A stretch of 64,000 nucleotides of DNA, taken from an uncultured candidate division Zixibacteria bacterium. GTDB lineage: Bacteria; Zixibacteria; MSB-5A5; GN15; FEB-12. How positions within the stretch are numbered: the stretch's first letter is position 1; the number at the start of each line of letters is the position of its first letter. Both the position numbers and the translations under genes were made by a program. Under the pieces are notes generated by a model. That model saw only the letters and a list, made by a program, of their open reading frames with translations. It made no database searches and had not been told where the DNA came from. Shown here piece by piece: positions 38,413-48,966 of this stretch. The stretch covers positions 35,488 through 99,487 of the forward strand of contig CAVQCT010000005.1 of NCBI GenBank assembly GCA_963711085.1, in the 5' to 3' direction.

Positions 38413-40675
38413 GAGTCTCTTTATCTCCTCTATACGGCGTCAGCAGGGTTGTCCAGGTCGACTTGGCTTCTTCGTACTCTTTTATCCAGAGGACCGGACA
38501 TTTTGCCCGCTCGGTAATTTCCTGAAGGGTAGATTTTGCGAACATCAATTCCAGGAATTCTCCGCTTCGCCCGCCCATGACAAGCAGGTCGGCATCGTGG
38601 GCTAGCCGAAGAATGCTAATCAGGGCTTCGCGCGATCCGATGATCTCAAGATCAGCTTCGAACTTGTTTTCTTCCATCACGGTTTGAATCTCTTCGAGCC
38701 GTTTCTCACGGTCGTGCGGCGACATATCGGACGGAACGATCACGGCCAGCTGGAGGCGCGCTTTGAAAAAGCGGGCCAGGGCAGGAGCAATTTCGGCTGC
38801 AAGCCGGGTGTGAATCCCGCCGTAATATGGCACGAGAATCTTTCTGATCTTCTCACGGGTGAACTCCCCGTGGAGAACGGCCGCTTCGCTCGGCGCCTTT
38901 TGCATAACGGTGTCGATCAAGGAAGAGAAGAGGCGTTCGAGAAAAGTAGGCTGTTTCTGGCGACCGATCACTATGAAGTTGCAGCGTTCTTCGTTGGCAA
39001 CGCTTATGATCCCCTGTGAAATGCGGTGGGATACTTCGATTATAGATCTGGCCGACACCCCGGCCTCGGCGGCAATCGTCTCCGCCTTTTCAAGTAAAGG
39101 ACGAACACGCGCAGCTTCGGCCAGTCCGGCCATCAAGGCCTGACCCTCCTCGACTTCAATCACGGTCAAGAAGATGATGCTCGCTTCATGTTCTCGTGCG
39201 ATGGCAAGACCGATATTGGTGAGCCCGTCGACATTTTTCGGATTGGAAATGCATACCAGTATTCGGTACTGTTTCCGTTCAATATTTTCGAGGGCCTCGA
39301 CTTTGCGAATATGCTCCACTTCGCGCCTGGAGGCATAAGAGTAGTACCCAACCACACCCAGCGCCACCCAGGAAATTGTCACGATCCACGCCGTCAGGCT
39401 GTAATTGTACATATAGACGGCCAGGAAGAGCAGCATGAGGATACCGACTATCGACAGATAGGGGAAGAAGGGCGTTATAAATCCCCGATCGAGGTCGGGT
39501 CGCCTTTTGCGAAGTCGGATCATGGCGATGTTGACCTGGAGAAAGAGCAGCAGGAACATGATATCGGCGGAGCTCGCGACATCTTCGATCGGCAGCGAGA
39601 CGGACATCAGGATGACGATCACGAGAGATATCAGAATGGCCCAGTGCGGCGTGAAGTTCTTCTCGTTGATCTTACCGAATACTCCGGGGAAGTTCCGGTC
39701 ACGCCCCATGGCGAAGGCGACGCGGGATGAGGAGTAGATGGTTGCATTCAACGCCGACATAGTCGAAATCAGACCACCTACCAGGAGCATGATGCCGCCG
39801 CCGACGAAGAATCCCCGGGCGACATTGACCAGGGCAATCTCTTTATACGAAGCGAGATAATCCCAGGGAGTCATGTTCTCGGGTCGAACCGCGCCGATCG
39901 CGGTGAAAGCCACCAGAAGATAAATCGGGATGACGATCAACAGCGACAGAAAGACGGCTCTGGGGATATTCCGCTTGGGGTTTTTTATTTCCTCCGAACT
40001 TTGCGCAATAACCTCAAATCCCTGGAAGGCGATGAAGGTCAATCCCATAGCTTTGAATACGCCACCCCAGCCATTGGGAAGGAACGGTTTGAACGAACCG
40101 GACCAGTCGGGAGTCGAGAAAATAAACTTGAGTCCGACAGCGACGAAAATCGCGAGGATGACGATCTTGGCGATCGTAACCAGATTGCCGATCTTGCCTG
40201 TTTCCGATGCTCCTCGGTAATTTATGTAGGCAAAGATGATCGCAATCCCGGCCGCAAGGAGCTTGTGCGGTTCGATGAACCCCCATTGGGGAAGGGTGAT
40301 GTTGAACTCGTGAAAGACCAGTTCGAAGTAGGCGCCAAACCCGATGGCGTAAAGGGCGCAGGCCACGGCGTGGGCAAACCAGCTCATCCACCCGGAGATG
40401 AATCCGTTCCATCTGGGGAGGCCTTCTTTCACCCAGAGATAACCGCCGCCGGCATCGTGGAAGCATGAGCCTAATTCGGCGTAGGACATGGCGGTGAACA
40501 GGGCGACGAATCCGTTCAAGGCGAAGGCGATAATCAGACCCGGTCCTGCAACTCCGGCGGCAATACCGGTGAGTACGAAGATACCGGCGCCGATCATCGC
40601 TCCAACGCCGATCAACGTGGCGTCCATCAAACTCATCTCACGGCTGAGGCGGACTTCAGTCTTGAATTTATCCAT
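38405..40675 (-). CDS. APC-superfamily amino-acid/polyamine permease fused to tandem universal-stress-protein (Usp) domains
   Basis: The N-terminal ~450 aa are an APC-type 12-TM core (GAGIFVLTG..). The C-terminal ~300 aa carry two Usp-like units (ILVCISNP..; ILVPYYGG.. VMGGR). Confidence 0.8.
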   Translation of the reverse strand: MDKFKTEVRLSREMSLMDATLIGVGAMIGAGIFVLTGIAAGVAGPGLIIAFALNGFVALFTAMSYAELGSCFHDAGGGYLWVKEGLPRWNGFISGWMSWFAHAVACALYAIGFGAYFELVFHEFNITLPQWGFIEPHKLLAAGIAIIFAYINYRGASETGKIGNLVTIAKIVILAIFVAVGLKFIFSTPDWSGSFKPFLPNGWGGVFKAMGLTFIAFQGFEVIAQSSEEIKNPKRNIPRAVFLSLLIVIPIYLLVAFTAIGAVRPENMTPWDYLASYKEIALVNVARGFFVGGGIMLLVGGLISTMSALNATIYSSSRVAFAMGRDRNFPGVFGKINEKNFTPHWAILISLVIVILMSVSLPIEDVASSADIMFLLLFLQVNIAMIRLRKRRPDLDRGFITPFFPYLSIVGILMLLFLAVYMYNYSLTAWIVTISWVALGVVGYYSYASRREVEHIRKVEALENIERKQYRILVCISNPKNVDGLTNIGLAIAREHEASIIFLTVIEVEEGQALMAGLAEAARVRPLLEKAETIAAEAGVSARSIIEVSHRISQGIISVANEERCNFIVIGRQKQPTFLERLFSSLIDTVMQKAPSEAAVLHGEFTREKIRKILVPYYGGIHTRLAAEIAPALARFFKARLQLAVIVPSDMSPHDREKRLEEIQTVMEENKFEADLEIIGSREALISILRLAHDADLLVMGGRSGEFLELMFAKSTLQEITERAKCPVLWIKEYEEAKSTWTTLLTPYRGDKETHA

Positions 40676-40891
40676 TCGAGCAAGTTACCTGTATTTGGGA
40701 ACCACTGGCGCGTCGGCAGTCAGGTCGTCGCAGCGGTTCTGTGAATATGTCATACTGAAATACGAAGATAGGAATCGAATCATCGACTGGCAAGGTTCAA
40801 ATTAGGCAATTTCAGCGGCCCGGGAAAGCAAACGGAACATTGCCCGGACTGATTCGTTATAGTCTACCTACTAACGTGATAGGAAAGTTCA

Positions 40892-41930
40892 GTGTTTGAA
40901 GCCCCAGGATATGAAGGTCCGGTATCGGACCATTTCAACGGCCGTCATTTTCTCAATCGGGATCCGATCGAAGAACACGGCGCCTCCAGCCTGTTCAAGT
41001 TTCTCTTTTCGACCGAGCGTGATAAGTGGCCGTCGTGGACGGAAAACAAGACCTATCCGAAGCCGCCGGAGCGAGTGGGTAGCGGTGAACTTCGGGCAAC
41101 ATTCATTAATCACTCCACCGTTCTCATTCAAATGGACGGACTTAACTTTCTCACCGATCCGATTTTCTCCAAACGGTGCAGTCCGGTCAGCTGGTTCGGT
41201 CCGAAACGGAAGCGTGCTCCCGGTCTCAGCATGGCCGAGCTGCCGCCGCTTGACTACATCATAGTCAGTCACAATCATTACGATCACATGGATCTGCCGA
41301 GCCTTCGCGAACTGGTACGCCTTCATCCCGAAAACTCAGATAATCACGAGTCTCGGAAACAAAAGATTTCTGGAGAGCAAATTGGGAAATGTTGCGGTGA
41401 CGGAGATGGACTGGGGTGACAGCATGAATCTCAAAAACGGCCTGACGATGCACGGACTTCCGGCGCAGCATTTTTCCGGACGTGGTACAAAAGATCGTCA
41501 AATGACTCTATGGATGAGTTTTCTCATTTCCGCTCCGTCCGGTAATGTCTATTTCGCCGCCGACTCAGGGTTCGGGTCGCATTTTGAAGAGATCGGCAAA
41601 CGATTCGGTCCGATCCGACTGGCCTTGATTCCAATCGGTGCCTATATCCCTCGATGGTTCATGCGCGGCGTTCACATCTCGCCGGAAGAAGCGGTGCAAG
41701 TGCATCTTCTGCTTAAGGCGGAAACATCGATCGCGATTCATTTCGGCACCTTTCAACTGGGTGCGGACGGACAGGACCGTCCGATCAAAGAACTGAACTC
41801 AGCCATTGAAAAGATCGGTGCGTCGAGTACGAGATTTTGGACACTCGATCATGGTGAAGGTCGGGAGATCGCTGCCGTCGCACCTTCGATAGCATCTCCG
41901 TCGGTAAATCGCGAGCGATCCTCTCGCTGA
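40892..41930 (+). CDS. MBL-fold metallo-hydrolase (NAPE-PLD-like), frame-broken at ~41327-41334
   Basis: VSHNHYDHMD zinc motif in ORF 40892..41419. After ..VRLHP the +1 frame gives KTQIITSLGNKRFLESKLGNVAVTEMDWGD.., continuing in ORF 41382..41930. Confidence 0.8.
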
Positions 41931-42262
41931 TTCCGCGAAGCATCTCACACAATATTGCCGAGGCATGGGTGCGAGAATCTTATCGCATGGGGCAAAATGT
42001 TGTATTTTATCCACGATATATCCATCCTATATATACCGGCGGCTGAATAGTTCACACGCACAATTGAATAGTATTTGCGGCATTGCTCTCGTTGCCTCAC
42101 GAATGCGAGATGAGGCAAAGGGAAGGCAGAATGCCGAGTAGAAAGTAACTGCCAATGGTCCGACTCGTGCGCTCTGCCCGATATGTCTCGTTGGCGCAGG
42201 GCTGAAGTATGGCTATCGGCAAAAAGGCATCACTCTTGTCTGCGAATGGAGGTCACTCGTCT

Positions 42263-43312
42263 ATGAGTAGAAAAGGCATCTTCACGCTGGCCACCGTCCT
42301 GCTGGCCATGATTCTTGTGTCGTCGATGATCTGGATCGGTTGTTCCGACGATTCACGGAATATCACATCCCCCGCTTCCCTGACATCACTGGAGAATGCA
42401 CTTGGACCGAACATTTCGGCGGCCGAAGTCGCCCGGGTGATAGGCATCCAGAACAAGCATACGTCGAATCTGATGAAGATCGATGGTGTCGAAGGTACGG
42501 CAACAGGACTGGGAGCCGACGGTCGTCCGGTCGTGAAGGTTTATACTTCGAAAGCCGGTCTGGCCGGAATTCCGTCCAGCCTGGACGGCGTGCCGGTGGA
42601 GGTTCAGGTAACCGGAAAGTTCACCGCCCATGGACTGACCAAGCGGTATCGTCCGGTGCCGATCGGCGTCTCGGTTGGAAATAATCTTGAGTGCGCCGCC
42701 GGGACGATTGGATGTGTCGTGACGAAAAACGGCAAATCGTACATCTTGAGCAACAACCATGTACTGGCCCGCGAGAATGAAGCTTCCTTAGGTGAAGCGA
42801 TAGTTCAGCCCGGTCGTTACGACAACAAACCGAGATGCGCGAACAATGTCGCCACCGATCTGGTCGCGGTCCTGTCGGATTTCGAGCCGATTCGCTTCGG
42901 TGATGAAACCAATACCTACGATGCTGCCATTGCGGAATTCTCCACGACCGATTTCACCTGCGCCACCCTTTCTTCCTATTATGGCCTTCCGGGTACGACG
43001 ACCGTGACGGCCACGGTCGGACTGGCGATCAAGAAAGTGGGTCGGACGACCAGTCTGACGACAGGAACGGTGACGGCGATCAACGCCACCGTGAATATCG
43101 GGTACACGACGGGAACGGCGACATTTGTCGGACAGATCGTTACCTCAAGCAGTTTCGACAAATCCGGTGATTCCGGTTCGCTGGTGGTGACGAACGACGC
43201 CGCCTCGAATCCGGTTGCCCTGCTGTTTGCCGGTACGAGCGATGGCACGGCGATTGTATCCCCGATTGCGCCGGTTCTGAGCCGATTCGGCGTGACGATT
43301 TGCGGACAGTAA
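42263..43312 (+). CDS. S1-family (chymotrypsin-fold) serine protease lipoprotein with N-terminal pro-region
   Basis: Signal/lipobox ..SSMIWIGC. Catalytic contexts SNNHVLA (His) and GDSGSLVV (Ser). Start at Met 42263, after GGAGG. Confidence 0.75.
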   Translation: MSRKGIFTLATVLLAMILVSSMIWIGCSDDSRNITSPASLTSLENALGPNISAAEVARVIGIQNKHTSNLMKIDGVEGTATGLGADGRPVVKVYTSKAGLAGIPSSLDGVPVEVQVTGKFTAHGLTKRYRPVPIGVSVGNNLECAAGTIGCVVTKNGKSYILSNNHVLARENEASLGEAIVQPGRYDNKPRCANNVATDLVAVLSDFEPIRFGDETNTYDAAIAEFSTTDFTCATLSSYYGLPGTTTVTATVGLAIKKVGRTTSLTTGTVTAINATVNIGYTTGTATFVGQIVTSSSFDKSGDSGSLVVTNDAASNPVALLFAGTSDGTAIVSPIAPVLSRFGVTICGQ

Positions 43313-43333
43313 ACCCATAGCTCCTGATAAGCG

Positions 43334-43367
43334 AAGAGCGGTGCCCGTGCGGCCCGCTCTTTTTTTG
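43334..43367 (+). terminator. intrinsic terminator after the protease gene
   Basis: aagagcgg .. ccgctctt hairpin followed by T7. Confidence 0.7.
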
Positions 43368-43410
43368 TTAGGAATGATCCGGCCAGACCGGTTTAATAGC
43401 AGGAGTTGGA

Positions 43411-43737
43411 GTGCACCGATTGATCGTCTCGGTCGGGCTCATTGTCGGCCTGATAATATTCGGCTGCCATGGAGGCGACAGTAACGAGATGCGGGTTGAA
43501 GAAATGATGAAGAAGAAAATCGAGCAAATCATGCAGCAACATACCCCGGAATGGATGGCTACTCCCGGCGTGGTCGGAGTTGGCATCGGCGAAAACGAGG
43601 GTAAGCCGTGTATCAAGATCTTTGTCGTTGAGAAATCACCGAAGCTTGAGAAAATGTTGCCGGACAGCATTGAGGACGTACGCGTCGTCGTGCAGGTCAC
43701 CGGCGAGTTCAATGCTCACGGTGATTCGGCAGGATAA
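43411..43737 (+). CDS. small lipoprotein homologous to the pro-region of the adjacent S1 protease
   Basis: Lipobox LIIFGC. QQHTPEWMATPGVVGVGIGENEGKPCIKIFVV..VRVVVQVTGEFNAHG aligns with protease residues NKHTSNLMKIDGVEGTATGLGADGRPVVKVYTS..VPVEVQVTGKFTAHG. Confidence 0.55.
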   Translation: MHRLIVSVGLIVGLIIFGCHGGDSNEMRVEEMMKKKIEQIMQQHTPEWMATPGVVGVGIGENEGKPCIKIFVVEKSPKLEKMLPDSIEDVRVVVQVTGEFNAHGDSAG

Positions 43738-43763
43738 ATCATCCCTTACATCTGCAAATAAAG

Positions 43764-43789
43764 AAGGCCGCGTACGGAAACGCGGCCTT
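43764..43789. terminator. bidirectional hairpin terminator between convergent genes
   Basis: aaggccgcg-tacggaaa-cgcggcctt. A T-rich tract follows on the minus strand (cttctttatttg). Confidence 0.7.
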
Positions 43790-43811
43790 TGTCGTGGGGT
43801 GTTGGGTTCCC

Positions 43812-44408
43812 TTAATCCGAGACGCCGAACTTCGAGAAGTGTGCTATCTGGAACTCTACTCGGCCGTTGCGCACGTGGGCGGACTGTTCGACCTCCCATT
43901 GACTGGTGTCAGGGTTATACCAGTAGAGTTTGATGACGCCGCCATCCCCGAGCAAACGGTTGAGGGCGCGGGCCTGAATAACCAGGGTCGCCGGGGTGTT
44001 GAATTTGGTCCCGTCGGGACTGAATTCGAACTCGAAGAAGTTCTGTCCGGTCGACAGATTTTCGCGAGTAAACGAGGTGCGAACTTCGATGAAGAGTCGT
44101 TTGTTGACCGCCCCCGGGGGCACGATCAACTGGTTTTTCGAGCTGCCCCAGTTCAGATCAATCTGTCCGCCTCTGCGGGGGGTGACCCACCCGGATCCAT
44201 AGGCGGTTCGATGGTTCGAGTAGAACGCGCCAGGGGATGCATCCGGGGTACCGGGGGACAGGTTGACGTTCGCCGAGGTGTCCGGTGCGGTCGGGTTGTG
44301 GCCGCATCCGGTCATTCCCAGTAGCCCGAAAAGCACCAACAGCGTGATCAGCCATGCTGTCCGTCCGGCCCCATACGGACGTAAGGATCTGGATTTCATG
44401 CCTGTCAT
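43812..44408 (-). CDS. hypothetical lipoprotein
   Basis: Signal/lipobox LFGLLGMTGC. Beta-rich sequence with no family I recognise. Confidence 0.5.
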   Translation of the reverse strand: MTGMKSRSLRPYGAGRTAWLITLLVLFGLLGMTGCGHNPTAPDTSANVNLSPGTPDASPGAFYSNHRTAYGSGWVTPRRGGQIDLNWGSSKNQLIVPPGAVNKRLFIEVRTSFTRENLSTGQNFFEFEFSPDGTKFNTPATLVIQARALNRLLGDGGVIKLYWYNPDTSQWEVEQSAHVRNGRVEFQIAHFSKFGVSD

Positions 44409-44645
44409 AGGTCTCCTCTCCCAGCCTGATCAAACACTTATGATGGTTCAGGCTGCTTTACGGGTACTATCGCCTTCAGGGACCTGTGAAAGCAAAACTG
44501 ATTCCAATTGAAACAGGGAAGCGCTTACGTTATGAAAAATCAGGTGTAATCGATTATGCTATATTCGATTAGGATCGGATGAGCAATGAGCAGTTGCTGT
44601 TCAGAATTCTGACAGACGAGTCGACTTGAAACGCCGATTGTGGGA

Positions 44646-47600
44646 TCATTCCCATAAGCAGTAGGTCTCCGTCGACACGCGGTTTGGGCTGGTCTTGAGG
44701 AGGGTCTGGGCAAAGAATACGAAATAGGGGGACTCGATCAGGCGATGCCAGCTTCCTTCGCCGTTGTCCGATTCGAAGTTCGCCGCCAGTTCGGCCAACA
44801 GGCGCATGAAGCGGAGTCCGGAATCGGCCGACAACTCGAACAGTCTGACCGAACACTTGAGGGTCAACTCGAACAACTTCTCCCGGCAGGCGTAGTCAAG
44901 CACGGTACGGTACATCTTGAGGGCTTCGCCGACATTTCCTTCGATCCGGTGCCACTCCGCTTCGAGAAATCCGATTTCATGCAGGGGGAGTATCGCCCTC
45001 GATGCCGTTGCTGTTTGTCTGACCTCCTCGATGACCAGATTGAGTTCCGAGGCGTTCTTCTTGCCGGTGAGGAGTCGGGCAAGGCCTATCGATGCTCTGA
45101 TGAAGTATTCTTTCGAGCCAATGTTGTTCGCTGAAATAATCGCCTCTCGGTAGCGTCGATCGGCTTCATCGATCCGTCCGGAGTAGAACGCCAGCTCTCC
45201 GAACCTCACCGCGCATTCGGCGGCCAGCTCTTTGTCATCGACACCGGTGGCAAACGACGCGACTGTTTCGAACCGTTTGCCGGCAGCCTTCAGATTGCCG
45301 GTAATCAGATCGATATCGGCAATATTGCCGAGAACGTAGTGGTGCGCATGCTCATCGCCGGTACGAAGAAAGACGGCATCGGCTTCTTCAAGAAGCTCCC
45401 GGGCCTTACTGTAATTCCCGAACAGCTTGTACAGGCTGGCGAGGTTGCCCGCTGAGTAGGATTCGTTGCGACGGTCACCGATACTCCTGAAGATCGCGAG
45501 CGCTTCTCCCATCAGACGTTCGGCTTTGACCAGACTTCCCTGCTCCCAATAGATAATGGCGAGATTGTTCGATGCCTGTGCCTGAGCAAACTTGCTCTTG
45601 GTGCTGTAGGAAAGGCTCGTTTCATACACCGACGCAGCCTCGATCAGATTCCCCGATCCCCACAGTGCCAGGCCGAGTTTGTTGAAAGCGCTGGCTTTGA
45701 GCATCCGGTCAGCGATACGTTCAGCACGGTCTGCAGCTTCACGCGCAAAGCGGATCGCCTGATCGAATTCTCCGCGGCGACGATGAGTTTCGGCGAGAAC
45801 TGACAACATGCGTACTTCCACTTCGGGAAGCCGGTCGACTGTGGTATCGGCAAGAGATAGTGATAGAAATCGCTCGCACCTGCGGTACTTTCCCTTCAGC
45901 CAGAGAAGGTGTGCGGTCTCGGCAGCAGCCGAGTAGAATTCGTTCGTATCGGTTAGACGTCGGGCTTCCTGGCGGTGCCGGCGATTCAGTCGAACCGCTT
46001 TTTTGACATCTCCTGTCAATTCGGAGAACTTCGCGTAATTTCGCCAAAAGCTAAACAGCAGTTCGTGTGATAACTCTTCCGGGGTAAGATTTGCCACCGA
46101 CTCTTCGCACTGACGATACAATTCAGCCGCATCGGAAAGGGAATGCAGCCTCTCCGAATCGAGTGCGGAGGCGAATGAGTATGAAAGCGCCTCTTTCCAT
46201 TGAGCGCCGCGAAAGGCATGGAAGGCGAGGGTCTTGTCCGATGTCCCGGATCGCTTCCTGAGTGCCGTCAGGAATCTCCGGTGACATTCCCTGCTCTGCG
46301 TTGATGGCAGGCAGGAGTAAATTGCCTCGCGCGTAGATCCATGAGTAAAATCGATGCGCCCGGACTTCTCGTCAGCCGCCAGGATGCCGGACGCGACGAG
46401 AGAACGGATACGGACCAGGATGTTCTCGTCCGGCGGTATCGGGCTTACCTCGGCCAGCAGATCGGCGTCGAACGGACCGTCGCTCACCGAGGCATCTTTG
46501 AGGATGTTCCGATCAGTCTCAGCCAGGCTGTCGAATTTCCGAAGAGAGACTTCGGTAATCGAATCAGGGAGGGGGACCTGGGGAACATCGGTTGAGATTT
46601 CCAGCTTCCCCGTGACGGACGAATGTTGAAGGGCGTTCGCGTTGATCGAGTGCTCGATATACTGGCCTATGATCAGCGGATTGCCCGCTGATTTTTCCAA
46701 CAGTGATTCGAATAACTCATGTTCGAGCTTACCGTCATGGAAACGCCGGGCATAGAAGCGCCACCAATCCGTAGATCTGGGAACTTCAAGTATAAGATCG
46801 GTGGTTTGATTCCGCCCGCCTTCGACTTGCATCGGAGGTAATTCCCGTCCGACAAGGACGAGGAGTAACGGGAATGTGTCGATGACGCCCGCGAGGCTGA
46901 TAAACAGGTCGCGTGAGTATTCATCGGCCCGTTCGAAATTGTCGAGCACCACCACCTGTTCCCTGGCGCACAGGTGCTGAAGCAGATCGTCGAAAATGGA
47001 AGCGGCCTTCTGGCGGCGGAGGTCGTTACTCAGGCCGGATGTCCACTCGTTCTCCTCGATAATGCCGCCGAGAAGCGGTGAAAGCAGAGGCAGCCAAGAC
47101 TGTCCGATATGATTCCGGATATAGCTGTCGAGATCCTCACCGTTATGCTGTTCATTGTGCCCGAGCATTCTTTCCAGCACCGTCCGGGCGGTCCAGCCGG
47201 GAGTGTACAGGAGCGAAGAACGGCAGTCAATCACAACGCACGGCTCCTTGACGGTCTGAACAAACTTTTTTGCCAGGGCGGTCTTTCCGATCCCTGCCGG
47301 ACCTTCGATCCGGATCACCCGTCCTTCACCGTTGCGGCATTCCCTGCAAATCTGTTTCAGTCGCTCAAGCTCGGCCGCCCGTCCCACCAAATCGTTGTCG
47401 CTGGAATCCGACGAGACGTCGTCGGCGAGGCTGGCAAACGAATGGACCTTGACCGGCTCGGTGTACCCCCTGAGGGTAATCGTCATCTCCCGGGCGATCA
47501 CCTCGTGAGGGAGCGATTCCCGGACGGCCGAGTCGAACAGGATCTGTCTCTTACCGGCCGAAGCCATCAGGCGAGCTGACAGATTTATCGTTTCCCCCAT

Positions 47601-48620
47601 GACCGTATATTCGCGTCGTTGTTCCGTGCCGACCTCGCCGCAGAACAGGGGACCGGATGAGAGTCCTGCGCTGACGTCAACCTCTGAATCGGAAAGGGCC
47701 ACTAATTCGCGTGCTGTCTGCAGAGCATGCAACTGATCGTCTTCGTGCTGTATCGGCGCACCGAAGAGGGCGAGCAGTTTGTGACCGCTCCCGAAAGGAT
47801 CAAGGCGGGCGATGTTTCCGTGATGTTCGGCGACAATCCGAAAAGCCTGTTTGAATTTGCTTGCAAGCTGGTCCGTCGCATTCGAATCACCTGCGGATGA
47901 ATTGATCCCCAGGCGGGCAAAAAGCACCGTGACGTTTCGATGTTCGTATGCGATGCCGTTTTGAAGGCGCCCTGAGTCGAGTCGGGAAAGAAGGTCGGCT
48001 GAGAGATAGCGGCGGATCTTGTCTTCGGGCACGATCGGATTCCCGGGATCAATAACGGGTTCGGTCTCCATCGTAAGCGGACCTGACAGGCGGCTTCCCA
48101 AAAGAAGATTTCCTGCCTCGGCCTTATCCGCCAGCGCATATATCTCCGCGATCATATCTCCCGAAGGCTCGGCTTCGAGACGAGTATCAGGATCACCGGC
48201 CGACATGAGCCGGAACGAGCCGTAGTCTGCTGCGCCGTGTACCGAAAGGGTCGAATCAATTTGTTGGATGCCGGTTTGGATCCTGCCGAACAGTTCCTGA
48301 AGCATGACCCGCGATGGAAAGTACGCCCAGATAGCGTCCCCCGCGAACTTCAGGATGTCGCCGTTTTGAGAATAAATTTCAGCGGCCGCTATCTGAAAAT
48401 ACTCATTCACCAGGTCAGTGATCTTCTCCGCACCTTCGCGGCCACCGGAGGCATATTGTCTGGTCAATGCAGTGAAGCCGGAGAGATCGACAAAGAGTAC
48501 CGATCCCTCGTGTACCGAGCAGGAATGGATTCCCTGAGGGGGGGACGATGCATACCAGTGGGCGAGCGTCCGTGGAATGTACGGAAGCAGCCGCCCCTGA
48601 GTTGAGATCGTGTTAAGCAT
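44646..48620 (-). CDS. tandem class-III nucleotide cyclase domains + AAA/STAND NTPase + TPR-repeat protein
   Basis: 1324 aa. Cyclase domain 1 has VLFVDLSGFT..KFAGDAI (metal-binding Asp residues). Domain 2 has VTVLFARLG..LLALFGAP..GEVGTEQRREYTVMGETINLSARL (Arg/Asn side). Walker A is GPAGIGKTALAKKF, and the C-terminal half is long TPR-like. Confidence 0.85.
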   Translation of the reverse strand: MLNTISTQGRLLPYIPRTLAHWYASSPPQGIHSCSVHEGSVLFVDLSGFTALTRQYASGGREGAEKITDLVNEYFQIAAAEIYSQNGDILKFAGDAIWAYFPSRVMLQELFGRIQTGIQQIDSTLSVHGAADYGSFRLMSAGDPDTRLEAEPSGDMIAEIYALADKAEAGNLLLGSRLSGPLTMETEPVIDPGNPIVPEDKIRRYLSADLLSRLDSGRLQNGIAYEHRNVTVLFARLGINSSAGDSNATDQLASKFKQAFRIVAEHHGNIARLDPFGSGHKLLALFGAPIQHEDDQLHALQTARELVALSDSEVDVSAGLSSGPLFCGEVGTEQRREYTVMGETINLSARLMASAGKRQILFDSAVRESLPHEVIAREMTITLRGYTEPVKVHSFASLADDVSSDSSDNDLVGRAAELERLKQICRECRNGEGRVIRIEGPAGIGKTALAKKFVQTVKEPCVVIDCRSSLLYTPGWTARTVLERMLGHNEQHNGEDLDSYIRNHIGQSWLPLLSPLLGGIIEENEWTSGLSNDLRRQKAASIFDDLLQHLCAREQVVVLDNFERADEYSRDLFISLAGVIDTFPLLLVLVGRELPPMQVEGGRNQTTDLILEVPRSTDWWRFYARRFHDGKLEHELFESLLEKSAGNPLIIGQYIEHSINANALQHSSVTGKLEISTDVPQVPLPDSITEVSLRKFDSLAETDRNILKDASVSDGPFDADLLAEVSPIPPDENILVRIRSLVASGILAADEKSGRIDFTHGSTREAIYSCLPSTQSRECHRRFLTALRKRSGTSDKTLAFHAFRGAQWKEALSYSFASALDSERLHSLSDAAELYRQCEESVANLTPEELSHELLFSFWRNYAKFSELTGDVKKAVRLNRRHRQEARRLTDTNEFYSAAAETAHLLWLKGKYRRCERFLSLSLADTTVDRLPEVEVRMLSVLAETHRRRGEFDQAIRFAREAADRAERIADRMLKASAFNKLGLALWGSGNLIEAASVYETSLSYSTKSKFAQAQASNNLAIIYWEQGSLVKAERLMGEALAIFRSIGDRRNESYSAGNLASLYKLFGNYSKARELLEEADAVFLRTGDEHAHHYVLGNIADIDLITGNLKAAGKRFETVASFATGVDDKELAAECAVRFGELAFYSGRIDEADRRYREAIISANNIGSKEYFIRASIGLARLLTGKKNASELNLVIEEVRQTATASRAILPLHEIGFLEAEWHRIEGNVGEALKMYRTVLDYACREKLFELTLKCSVRLFELSADSGLRFMRLLAELAANFESDNGEGSWHRLIESPYFVFFAQTLLKTSPNRVSTETYCLWE

Positions 48621-48966
48621 TATAGATGAATACTCTGATCGCGAACAAAATGATTATATGAATCGACTGGTCGATATAGTAAGCCTGCTTGCTGCCATTA
48701 AACAGACGGGACTTCAGTCTGTCCTGCAGCCAGTGCCCGGCGAATACGAACATTAGAACATAGAGAGTAGCCAGTTGGAAGAAGTCTGCTCTCTTCTGAA
48801 AGAACAGGCCGAGCGCCAGAAAAGCGGCAATCGTAAGGGTGTAGATCATGACGTGTACCGTCAGGGCCCCGGTCGATCTTTGTTTGCGGTCGGCAATCCG
48901 ATCGGTCTGAAGAGCAAAGTCACCGACATAGTGACCGACGAGCAGAAAGAACAGTAAATCAGGCAC
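48613..48966 (-). CDS. DUF3307-like small polytopic membrane protein
   Basis: GTG start. N-terminal motif LLVGHYVGDFALQTD. 117 aa with about four TM segments. It has 8-nt overlaps with both neighbours. Confidence 0.6.
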   Translation of the reverse strand: MPDLLFFLLVGHYVGDFALQTDRIADRKQRSTGALTVHVMIYTLTIAAFLALGLFFQKRADFFQLATLYVLMFVFAGHWLQDRLKSRLFNGSKQAYYIDQSIHIIILFAIRVFIYNA

